From the human T2T-CHM13v2.0 reference genome, Homo sapiens: a stretch of 64,000 nt of DNA. The position numbers were made by a program, and so were the translations under genes. Where the stretch lies: assembly GCF_009914755.1 (NCBI RefSeq), contig NC_060937.1; one strand, written 5' to 3'. Each line of letters begins with the position of its first letter. The first letter of the stretch is position 1. This document shows, piece after piece, positions 1 to 13,182 of the stretch. Under the pieces are notes generated by a model. It did not search any database. It saw only the letters and a program-made list of their open reading frames with translations, and was not told the origin of the DNA.

Positions 1-65
1 CCGCCCCCAGACAGTGGTTTTTAAAAAACAACTTTATTGAGTTATAAATCACAGAAAAAAATTCA

Positions 66-416
<351 letters not shown>

Positions 417-751
417 TCACAGAGATTTGTAATCATCACTACTATCTAATTCAAGAACATTTAACCCGATATGCATTGGCATCATTCCCCTTTCCTCCTA
501 GACCCTGGCAACTTCTCATCTGCTTTCTGTCTCTATGGATTTTTTTATATGACGTTTCATATAAGTGGAATCATACAGATTGTGGCTTTTAATGTTTGGC
601 CTCTTTCATTTAGCATAACATTTTTATGGTTCATTCATGTTGCTGCATGTATCATTCCTTCACTTATTTTTATGACAATAATATTACAATGTGTGGAAAT
701 AACACATTTTGTTTATATTCATTTATCGGATGAACAGTCTTGGTGTTTTTG

Positions 752-2250
752 AAAAAGTTAACAAAATAGACAAACCATTAGCTAACTTATTCAAGGAAAA
801 AATGCATAACTATGTAAAATAAGAAATAACAAAGAGAAGTCATCTTTGAAACAGAATACATTAAAAATAATTTGATTAAAAAATGGGCAAACGATCTGAA
901 TAAACTTTTCCCCAAAGAAGACATAAAAATGTCTAAGAGGTGTATGAAAAGGTGCTCAAGATCACGAATGATCAGGGACATGCAAATTGAAACCACTATG
1001 ATGTATCACCTCACACCTATAAGGATGGCTATTATCAAAAAAGATACAAGATAACAAATGTTGGCAGGGGTGTGGAGAAACACCCTAGTACACCGTTGAT
1101 GGGAATGTAGATGGGTACAGCCCTTGTGGAAAACAGTATGGAAACTCCTAAAGAAATTAAAAATAGAACTACAGTATGACCTAGCAATCCCTATTCTGAG
1201 TATATATCCAAAGAAGATGAAATCACTACCTCATAAAGATATTTGCACTTCCAAGTTTATTGCAGCAGTAGTCACAGTAGCCAAGCTATGGAAACAATCT
1301 AATGTCCATCGATGGAAAAATGAATAAAGAAAATGTGGTATATACAGTTGATCTTGAACAGTACGGATTTGAACTGTGTGAGTTCACTTATACGTGGATT
1401 TTCTTTGATTTCTACCATGCCACCACTGAGACAGCAAGACCAACCCCTCCTCTTCTTCCTCCTCCTCAGCCTACTCAACATGAAGACAATGAGGATGAAG
1501 ACCTTAATGATGGTCTCTTTCCACATAATGAACAGTAAATATGTTTTCCATATGGTTTTTGTAACATTTTCTTTTTATTGTAGGAATATAGTACATTATA
1601 CATATACAAAATATGTATTAATTGACTATGTTATTGGTAAGGCTTCTGGTCAGCAGTGGGCTATTAGTAGTTAAGTTTTTAGGGAGTCAGAATTTATACT
1701 CAGATTTTCAACTGTGCAGGGGTTGGTGCTGCTAACACCCGAGTTCAAGGGTGACTTGTATTTACAATGGGATATAATTGAGCCTTTAAAAAGAAGGAGA
1801 TCCTGCCGTTTCTCACCCATGAATGGACCTATAGGATGTTATGCTAAGTGAAAAAAGCCAGACACAGAAAGAAAAGTATTATGTGATCTTACTTATATGT
1901 GCAATATTATAAACCAAAAAAGAGCTCAAATATAGAAATAGAGAATGAAACAGTGGTTACCACAGGCAGTGGGGAGGGCAGAGGAAATGGGGAGATGTGG
2001 GTCCAAGGACAAAAAATAGATCTGTAGGATGAACAAGTTGAGAGATGTACAACATGAGGACTAAAGTTATTAAAATTAGAGATTTTTATTAAATAAGTAG
2101 ATATTAGCTGCCCTTGTCACACACAAAAAGTAACTGTGAGATGATAGATATGTTAATAAGCTTCACTATGGTAACTATTTTACTATCTATATGTATCCTG
2201 TAACATCATGTTGTAAACCTTGAATATACACAATAAAAATTTTTTTAAAT
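752..2250 (+). mobile_element. L1MA-type LINE fragment (ORF2 end and 3'UTR), interrupted by Tigger2a
   Basis: Track ORFs IKKWANDLNKLFPKED and WKTVWKLLKKLKIEL resemble the L1 ORF2 C-terminus; ends caataaaaattttt. Confidence 0.85.
1345..1758 (+). mobile_element. Tigger2a (MER28)-like DNA transposon
   Basis: TIRs cagttgatcttgaac...gttcaagggtgacttg flanked by TA; internal cctcctcctcagcctactcaacatgaagac. Confidence 0.88.
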
Positions 2251-2470
2251 GTCATGAGACACTTTGCAAATAATTCTAAAAACCTATATGAAATGGGTAG
2301 TTTTCTAGGAAAGTACAGATGACCAAAGTTGCCCCCATTAGAGTTAGAAAGCTTAAGCAGACCAATGTTATAGAAGAAATAGAGAAAATTAAGGAGAGAT
2401 TACTCCATAAAAGCACCAAGGGACAAATGGTTTCACAGAGGAATTCTATAAAACCTTCACATACCATATA

Positions 2471-2837
2471 CTGTCATTCATCACTTTATGGGGTATGTTC
2501 TAGAAATGTGTTCTCAAGCAACTTTGTCACTGTGGGAACGTCACAGAGTGTTCTTACACAAACCTTAATGGTATTGCCGACTACGCGCATAGGCTATATG
2601 GCATAGCCTGTTGCTCCTAGGCTACCAACCTGTACAGCATGTTATCGTACTGAATACTGTGGGCAATTGTAACACAATTTAGTATTGTGTACGTATTTAT
2701 GTATTTAAACATATTTGTATATTAAAAAATATGTAAACATAGAAAAGATACAGTAAAAATACAGTATTTTAATCTTAGAGGACCACAGTCATATATGTAT
2801 CTGTCATTGACCAAAATGTTATGTGGAGTGTGACTGT
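2471..2837 (+). mobile_element. Tigger3a (MER7)-like DNA transposon
   Basis: Core gcctgttgctcctaggctaccaacctgtacagcatgtta; TA-flanked; ends tgactg. Confidence 0.85.
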
Positions 2838-3570
2838 ATTGAAAACTTTTTTTTCTTAAGAGCAAATAGCTGTAATATCCACTTTAAATCTTTATTATTT
2901 TCAGCATCAGGTTCATCTTGGCATCAGACAGATTTGATTGATTTTGTTTTTTCTTCAGAATGTGTTCCATTTTTTCGTTCTTTGTATGTTGGGTAATTTT
3001 GGATTTTGTAGTGCATATTAATAGTGTTAAATTGTAAAGATTTTTGTTCTGTTTTACACTGATGAATATTGTTTCCTGTGTTATTAAAGGTACTTTTTTT
3101 TTGTGGGGAGGCTGGGTTTGAACTGCAGTTTCGTTTCTAATGCAGCAGCTCCATCCTCTTTTCAAATCTTTTGTCTTCAGCTGGGATGTTTGGAGTCGGC
3201 TTCGCACGTGTCATTTGGAGGTCAGTCAGGTGTAGGTAGACAGAGTTTGGTGATCCCCTCTCTACGTCTTTCCTTTGACTGATCTCTCCACACTGTTCAG
3301 TGCTCCTGGTTTACCCACTATCCTTTTCTGTATAATAAGAAGGGCCACTGACACTCTGTGTAATTTGTATTTTCTTATTTATAGACTTAAGCTAACCAAT
3401 AAGGTTCACTGAAAGTATTCATTCAGGAAGAGATAATGAATCAAGGCATTTTAAGTTGAATAGAAAATGTCCTTCTAGATTCTAAGCTAAGGGATGGATG
3501 GCCTTTCAAAATAATGTTTTTTATTTAATTAAATCAATACTTCTCAAGTAATTACTGGAATTTGTAATGG

Positions 3571-4061
3571 GTATATTTATTTCCTGTGGCTGCGGTAGCA
3601 AATTACCACAAGCTGGGTGGCTTAAAACAATTGAAATTTATTCACTTAACAGTTCTGGAGATCAGAAGTCTGAAATCAAAATGTCTTTGGAGCTGTTCTC
3701 CCTGCAGAGGCTTTAGGGGAGAATCAGTAACTTACCCCTTACAGCTTCTGTGGTTGCTGACATTCCTTGGCTTGAGGCATCATCAGTCCAGTTTCTGCCT
3801 CCAGCTTCATATGGCCTTTTACTTTTCTGTGTGTCACTTTACTCTGTGTGTTTATTTTTAAACTCCCTCTGCCTCTCTCCTATAAAAACACTTGTCATTG
3901 GATTTAGGACCTGCCTGGATTATCTAGTATGATTTTCTTATTTCAAAGTTCTTAATTTAATTACTTCTGTAAAGACTGTCTCTAAATAAAGTAACATTCA
4001 CAGATTCCCAGGCATTAGGACATAAGCATATCTTTTTGTGGGCCACCATTCAGGCTACTAT
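3571..4061 (-). mobile_element. MaLR LTR, MLT1C-like
   Basis: Signature caaattaccacaagctgggtggcttaaaacaa...acagttctggag. Confidence 0.85.
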
Positions 4062-4105
4062 GAAGAGGTATGGGGGATGTAGTCAAATTATGTTTTCTAA
4101 GTTAA

Positions 4106-4669
4106 TATAGGGGCCAAGGGAAAATTTTCCCTTCTGCCTCTGAAGGTTTGCTGAAGATCAGCTGAAGAAAGGCCGATTAATAGCAGAGGCATGCAAAATT
4201 AATTTTATCGTGCATAGCACAAGGGAATTACAAGAGAATGATTGTTTATACAATAGTGCAGTGGGGGTACAGAAGCTTATATACTCTTCACAGAGGAAAG
4301 GGAGATGTGGATAATTTTAAGGTGAAAAGTGATTTTTAGGGGAATTCAATGGGCTTGGAGAACATACGTCTTGAGACATACGTCCTCGTGCATCCTGAGA
4401 CAAAGCCTTGTGGGCCCACAGAGAAGACAGTGGTTCTGTCCAGGTGTGTTGACAGACTTCAGTCTTTATTCCTGCAGTATGAGTTAATGAAAACTCAAGG
4501 AAAGGACCAGTGGTAATTTTCTTCTTTGAAGAGTCTGGAGTTTAAGCAGATAAGGGAGTATCAGAGTAAAGCTTCTTCTAGTATCTGCCAGTCTCCAAGG
4601 GCCTTTAATTTAAAATAATCAGCATACCAGGGTGCCATATTTTGGGGTGAAATTTCCTGGTCTCCTTCA
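4106..4669 (-). mobile_element. ERV1 MER4-group solo LTR (subfamily uncertain)
   Basis: taggggccaagggaaaattttcccttc...catattttggggtgaaatttcctggtctccttca. Confidence 0.7.
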
Positions 4670-5629
4670 ATAGAAAAAAATATCTAATTTATTTGCAGCA
4701 TTTCTATTTCAAAAATGTAAGCAACACTAAGCACTTTGTATTTAAGATGCATTTTAAAGAAATGGAAATGAGAATTACTAATTCATATTTATCAGCTGAC
4801 ATATATATGGGACTATTTCACTCTTTTGACAAAAAATTTATTGTTTAGTATTTACCTGTTTAGTGACACATTTAAATGGCTGCCCTTTTTAATTGTAATA
4901 TTGTGCTTTTTATATGCCTCTTTCATTTTTTACTTCATTTTAATGTACAGGGAATCGTTATGCTATTAGATTGTAAGACATATGATTGCATATACTAGAA
5001 ACAAATAGGTATTTGTCTTAACTGCCTATGATAATTGAAGTAGATTTTCATTTTTAAGAGTTTGAATGACATTAAATAAATTTTAAATGTAAATTGTAAA
5101 ATGGCTAATTTTTCTCTGTGCAATATAATTTTAAACTTTATTGCTTACTAGCTCTTTCTTGACATTATTGTTTTAAATTTTGACATAAATGGCAGGTTGA
5201 ACAAAAACAATAGCAGTTCATTTTGCATTAGAAATTCTGTTCCAGGCAGAAACAGTTGCACAGTCTAATGGAATAACTTACTTTCTTATTGTTAAAAAAC
5301 TTTCAATTGTAAAACTGAATGATTTAAACAAAATAAATAATAAAGGTATTTCCTTCTTTCTGACACTTTTCTTTAGTTCTCAGTGAACTCCATGTGAGTA
5401 GCCTGCTAGAAATATGTAGTTAGGCTTACCAGTAAGGAAGCATATACACTTTTGACTATTAGCTGTAGCCTTTGAAGAAATTCCCTTTATCATTAATTTT
5501 ATTCTCTTTCTTTCTCATTAGAGAAATTGTATTCTCTTTCTTTCTCATTAGAATCCAGATTTTTGAATATCATTATGTTTTGAAAATATTTTGTAGAATA
5601 AACAAGGGCACCATGTTTAAGAAGGAAGA

Positions 5630-5880
5630 AAACTAATACTTATTTAGCACCTACTGTATTCCAAGCATATGCTAGGTATTACATGCTGTCTCCTCATTTA
5701 TTCTTAGAAAAACTCTGTAGATCAGTATTTTCAGTACGGTCTTTTTCGGCAAGGGTAAACTGAGGCACAGAAAGATGAAGTAAATTGACTAGGGTCCCAC
5801 ATGTATTGAAAGGTAAGGCTGAGATTTTCATCTAGTTTTCACTAGTTTCACTAAAAAGTGATAGTCTCTCCAGCTACTCA
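5630..5880 (-). mobile_element. MIR SINE, degenerate
   Basis: MIR core-like tatttagcacctactgtattccaagc...aaactgaggcacagaaagatgaagtaaattg; boundaries approximate. Confidence 0.7.
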
Positions 5881-8800
5881 TGAAAATGCCTTCCAATTTT
5901 TGTAATACCTTACATTTATAAATAGCATTTCTTATGGAAACTTAACCAAGTATGTGATCTCCTTGGGGTTAATTCTGGAAGGCCTCACCTTGAGAGACCC
6001 TCAGCATGGACTTTGTAGGCAGCAATGCTATGAGTGCAGTAGTCAGTGTAGTGTTTAGGGCATTAGGCTTCATGTAAGCCTTTTGAACTGATATATGGTT
6101 TTATAGCCACTACCTTTTTGCTGAGAAAAAGAGGACAGAAATATTAAGTAATCTCACATCTTAAAATCTGATTTATTAAAAAGTAACCCCAGTTCTGCTT
6201 CTGAATTAATGTATGAAAATATAGAATTAGAGGAAGGCTGTAAATTATAACCCCAATGAAAGTAAAAATATCTAGGCCTTCATTTTATACTTTTAAATTT
6301 ATGTGGAGTCATGGTTTACAAAGATGAATAACAACATAGTTAGGTTACCATTGCCACTATACTATGTAATATATCAATTATGGGATTTCAAAGGAATTAT
6401 TTACAAATTTTTACTTGCTCAGCTGTTACAATTTTTTTAATACCAAATAAGCATTCTAGGGTGAATGCCTTCATGGATTGGTTTATGTATGGGGAAAATA
6501 TTTTAATATTTTGAATATGAGTCATAAAATAGAAGTTTGTTGTTTATTACCTATCTCACGATCATTTTAAAATCGTCATGCTGTATTTTGATGTCACAGA
6601 AAAGCAATTATTGAAATAATGCTGAAAATACTTTTTGTAACTATTCTACAGCAAAAAAGCATTAGTCTGTAATAATTTATGTGTACTTTATTTTTATAAA
6701 ATCATCTATTTCCAGACGATATAGATGTAGAAGAGACGGGAAGAGAAAATTGTCTTAATATATCTAATGGTGAGGTATTTCTTGAATGCTTACTAAATGA
6801 GTTTTTTTTAAACCCTGAGTGATCTTTATATCAAACACAAATTCAAAATTATAGTAGTCTATTTTATTTTCTTTGTTATCCCTACTCTCCAACAAAAAAC
6901 AAATGTCAGAAACCTTTAAGCTAGTTTAGTATCTCTTCAGGGTCTTAGCTTCAACAGGAGTATAATATTTTACTTGTGAAACAAGGTTGTCATCTAGTGG
7001 TGCTTTCAAGTAGTACAGCTTTCACAATTAGCTAGCTGATAGTCTTCAGCTTTTTAAAGGAAGTGCTTAACAAAAAGCTATCTAGGTTTAACTTTTCAGA
7101 ATTTAAACACTTTTGAATACTGTTAAATTAGATATAAACTTACAAAGGATTTTCCCTAGAAATTTTTTAAATTTCCATCTCAATTTTTAAAATAAATTTT
7201 TTGTTTGGCTACTGAAATACTGATATTTGACCAGTGTGGATGTTAACCATGATGATATCAAGGCATTTCATATTGTTTTGCATCATCAGAAGTTGTTTAT
7301 TTAGAAGAAGATTCTTAAATAGTGTTAAGTAATTAAAAATTTTTTTTTGCATATTAATCCTTTCACCAGCCTGAGCAACAAAGCAAGACTATCTTTACCA
7401 AAAAAAAAAAAAAAAAAAAAGGTGGAACTAATGTATATTTATGATGGCAAAGAAATCATAAAAACTAAAAACTGAAAAAATAATGCATATTAATAGATAG
7501 TTGATTAATGAGTAAAATAAATCTTATATTGAAAGTAGTTTACTACATTAAGATTAACACTACATGCTGGTACTTAGAAGTACTTTAAATAGTACGTACC
7601 TTTATTTATCTGATCCATTTATATATAAGCCACAGAGAAAATTAAATTTTTAAGCTAGCATTGATTCAAGTCCTGGTTTAATTGTTGGAATACAGATTGT
7701 GGTATTCAATGTGGGATAGGAAGTGGCTACTTTGCCTAGACAAGAAAAGAAAATGTGGTAATATTAATAGAAGAGGTACTTAGTTGTTAAGGGAAACAAA
7801 ATAAAAGACCTCTTTTTTCATTTTCCACCATTTTTCATAGTACTCACTCCTCTGAATTACCTTTTGTAGAATTCTGATCCTTCTGTTTATTATGCTTAAT
7901 AGAGCTTTTGCCATGGAATTCATGGATTCATTCAACTAACTGCTGGTGTTCCATTTTATATTCTCATGTGCTATCTTTCCAATATATCTGTAAGCTGTAT
8001 TGAATATATTGATTTTATTTTTAACAGGTTATCTGAAGAAAATCTTGTGCCCCAATTCTTACTAGCATTTTTACCTTACTAATCTTGTTATTCATTATGG
8101 CAAAATACTGTATTTTCCCAAGTTATATTCATAAACAAGAACTTTCAAGCCATTTTCCTTCTGCCCTAGAGGAGGGAATTGGCAAGTTAATTCTTTCAGT
8201 GTCTCTGACTAGGTATAGTATAGTAAGAGTCTATAAGAATAATATATAAAACAAATTTTTGGCAGGTGTATTACAATCAATTTACACTATGGAGAGAGAA
8301 ACAGTTTAGGCAGAGTGAACAGAGAGATCTTCGTATGGGTAATTTTTAAAAAATATCTTTACAACATTGAAGTTTTGGGAATTTGCAGTAGGTCAGTTAC
8401 TTCCATATTTGCTAAGATCAAAAATATCCTTTAATAGAAGTTATTTTTTAAATTATCTTTTATGTTTTTTCCCTCTCTTGTCCCACCTTAGCTTGGGTAA
8501 TTGGGAATTAGTTATCTTTATTTTCTTTGTGGCTAAGCAAGAATTCATTTATCAAACTCCCATTTTGGTATTTGGATATCATGTGCGGGGGCTAGTAACC
8601 TCAGTGTGGTAGCAGATAATCAGGTGTAGGTTAGAACCCCAAAAACTGCATGAAGCCATTTGATTTGGGTTTTATTCAGGGGCAATTAAGAACACCATGT
8701 ACCAGTCACTGTCCAGATATCTTCTTATTTTTTTTGACATAGTCCCTATCCATTTGTGAAGAATGTTTTCACTCTTGGTTTTCTCATTGGCATTTTAAAG

Positions 8801-9882
8801 ACTTTTCATGTGTCATCAGCCCAGTTTATATCAATGTGCAATAATTCTGTATTTTATTATTTCAGGAAGTCAAGTTGCAGTTCAGATTTGAATGGGCATT
8901 CATTATTTCAATGGGTGGCAGTGGGTAAAAGAGAATAAAACTTTAATGTTTGCTTTTATGGCTCACTTTCTGGCCAATTAAAACATTCCTCCTCCTTAAA
9001 AATATAAGTAGTCCTCAAAGTCTGAAGTAAGCATGGGTTCTTTATATGTCCAGTTTGTAAAATATTTATGTCAATGACCAGACTGAATGATTTGATACTT
9101 TTTAGTGTGATGTAAACAACTCACCAGAGAACATTTGTTACAGGCATAATTGTGTTCTTTGCTCTCCCAGTGCGTACAAAGTGACCTAAAAGATACTTGG
9201 TTCTTTTCTTGCTTGGAAAGGAAGTTGGCTATGAATGTTATACTATCTGAGGTACACTTACGGCACAACACTGTATGTCAGAGACAACTTGGAAGTGAAC
9301 AGGAGCAAATAATTTAAATAAACTAATGTGTTTAATAAGTACAAAGTACATGTACCACATGCAGGCTGAGCCCTGTTTTGTTTGGCTTGTACACTGCTTT
9401 ACGGAAATCTAAAAGCTAAAAATCAAATCTGACGCAGTAACTGCTTTACTAGTCCTCGTGCAGACATGGCTGCCCCCTTTAGCTCAGTCAGCTGATGTGT
9501 AGTTTGCCTTGCTCCGTTTCATTATCTATACATTATAGCCAGTGAGTAAGTTAGATTCACCGATTTTACCTGCTTTCAAAGAAATGGATCAAAAGAAAAT
9601 TGGCCCTCTTCTTTCCTTACTGATGGTAAAGGGTGGTAATGGAGATCTACTATCTGGAACAATGAGTTTAAAACAATAGTGTTTGTTTTATCACAGTTTT
9701 CTGCCAATTGAGATTCTTGAGCTATGGTTTGGACATGTCTGTTTTATATGCCAAGTGACTTCTGAACACGACGTGAAGACAGTTAAGTGATTCTAAGACG
9801 GAATTTTGACATCTCATAAATAGAAGCATTTACTAAAGGAAGCATTTTCTAAAATCCCTTTTTAAAAAGTTTTGAGCACTTA

Positions 9883-10187
<305 letters not shown>

Positions 10188-10963
10188 TTACTAAACTGCG
10201 GTGACTTAAAAATTGCATTATTTGAAGGTAAAATTAGTGAGAAATATTTGTCTGTTCTGTGAGTATAATGCAGAAATTTAGCCTTTTAATGCCCTGCTTG
10301 TCAGTAAAATGTATTCAGATGTTGTCATAGTTTAGATTAGTAATAAGTGGTTTTATAATATTAATGTCCAAAATCTCCATTAGAGAGTGAAAAAAAAAAG
10401 TGTGCTTTTGCTGGCTGTTTTAGTAAACAAGAACCCTCTGGTGTCAGTTTCTTCTTTTGTATCAATGCCCTTGGGTTTTAGGTGTTCAAAGATGGCACAT
10501 GGGAATTGATGATAATTCTCTTCTCTCAAGGTCCACCAGGTGGGTGTGCACAGGGACCGTAACTGGAGTGCCTGCTCCACTTTTCAGTTGCTTTCTTTCC
10601 TGATTACCTCAATTAAGACTGGTGAATCCTGTGTTGTGTTGTTCTTCAGTTACTGTGTTACTGAAGTTCTTGAAGCACATTTTGGTCTTTGAGTTTTTGT
10701 TTTTTATCACTTGTTTTATTCATTGGTAATATTGGAGTTTTAAATGTTTATAAAAATGAAAAGATTAATTTGTAAATCCCAAATTATTGTTAATTTAGGC
10801 TCAGTCCTTCTGTGACAATCGTCCAGTATTAACAAAAGGATCAGTAAGATATTATTCAGGGAGAGCTGTGAATGGGTGCCCTGTTTCTTGAAAATTATGG
10901 AGTAAACCTATAAGGCTTAAGTTTTTTGGTTTTGTTATGTTCAGAAAACCTTTTATAGGCCTT

Positions 10964-12402
10964 ATTATTTTCTTATTTCAATAGTTTTTTTGGGTACAGG
11001 TGGTTTTTGGTTACCTAGATAAGTTCTATAGTGGTGAATTCTGAGATTTTAGTGCACCCATCACTCAAGCAGTGTACACTGTACCCAATATGTAGTCTTT
11101 TATCCCTCACCCTCTCCAAACCTACCCCAGTAGAGTCCCCAAAGTCCATTATATCACTCTATATGTATTTGCACCCTCATGCCTTAGCTCCCACTTACAA
11201 GTGAGAACATTAAGTATTTGGTTTTCCATTCCTGAGTTAGTTCATGTAGAATAATGGCCTCCAGCTCCATCCAAGTTGTTGCAAAAGACATTATTTCAAT
11301 TCGTTTTTGTGGCTGAGTAGTATTCTATGGTGTATATATGCCACATTTTCTTTATTCACTCTTTGGTCGATGGACACTTAAGTTGGTTCCACATCTTTGC
11401 AACTGGCAAATTGTGCTACAGTAAACGTGTGTGCATGTGTCTTTTCATATAAGGACTTCTTTTCCTTTGGGTAGATACCCAGTAGTAGGATTGCTGGATC
11501 AAATGGTAGATCTACTTTTAGTTCTTTAAGGAATCTCCATACTGTTTTCCGTAGTGGTTGTACCAATTTACATTTCTGCCAGCAGTGTAAACCACATCAT
11601 GACAACATCTATGGTTTTTTTTTTTTTACTTTTTAATTATGGCCTTTCTTAGAGGAGTAAGGTGGTTTCTCATTGTGGTTTTGATTTGCATTTCCCTGTT
11701 GATTAGTGATGCTGAGCATTTTTTCTTATGTCTGTTGGCTGTTTTTATATATCTTCTTTTGAGAAATGTCTATTTCCATCCTTTGCCCACTTTTGGATGG
11801 GTTGTTTTTTTTTTTTTCTTGCTGATTTGTTTGAGTTCCTTGTAGATTCTGGATTCTAGTCCTTTTTGCATAGTTTGCAAATATTTTCTCCTGCTCTGTG
11901 GGTTGTCTGTTTACTCTGCTGATGATTTCTTTTGTTGTGCAGAAGCTTTTAGTTTAATTAAGTTCTACTTACTTTTTATTTTTGTTGCATTTGTTTTTGG
12001 GGTCTTAGTCATGAATTCTTTGCCTATGCCAATGTCCGAAGAGTTTTCCAATGTTTAGAATTTCTAAACCATGAAAATGTTTAGAATTTTCATGATTTCA
12101 GGTCTTAGATTTAAATCTTTGATCCATCTTGAGTCGATTTTTGTATAAGGTGAGAGACGGGGATCCATTTTCATTCTTCTACATGTGGCTTGCCAGTTTT
12201 CCCAGCACCATTTATTGAAAAGGGTGTCCTTTCCCCAATTTATGTTTTTGTATGCTTTGTTGAAGATCAGTTGGCTGTATTTGGCTTTATTTCGAGGTTC
12301 TCTATTCTGTTCCATTGGTATCATTGCGTATTTTTATACCAGTACCATGCTGTTTTGGTAACTATAGCCTTGTAGTATAATTTTAAGTCTAGCAATGTGA
12401 TG
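10964..12402 (-). mobile_element. 5'-truncated L1PB-type LINE (about 1.4 kb)
   Basis: Minus-strand ORF2 C-terminal peptides ([30 protein letters not shown]); degenerate TSD tat(a/g)ggcctt. Confidence 0.9.
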
Positions 12403-12810
12403 TATGGGCCTTGTTTGAAAGAAATCACATATTTGACTTATGTGGATAAAGGCAAGTTTCCAAACCCTTACAACTCTGCCTTTAGAATTTTTGTTAGACT
12501 TTACCTTTTAATATTTTGTAGGGATGGAATATTTTTATTCTTCTGAAAACTTGAATATCTAATAATTAGTTGATATTAGTTTCCTGATCTTCTACGATGC
12601 AGAAGGGAACAGCATGACTGCTTTTATCAACTGAGTTTTATACCTGTTCTTGTTTAATGTACTTTGGAGCTCACCAATTGAATTTGTCTAGTTCTGCTTT
12701 TGTCTGTGTGAGCTGAAGTATCTAGCTGATTAGGAAACTGATTTGGATAGCTACTGGCTTTTTTTAATGAGATTATCATATCACTAGTATCAGCATTAAT
12801 TGTTTGATAA

Positions 12811-13182
<372 letters not shown>

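Noticed and set aside
1302-1674. Pro-rich/acidic ORF (PPLLPPPQP...EDNEDED) and overlapping ORFs
   Set aside because: They lie within the Tigger2a element and are transposon remnants.
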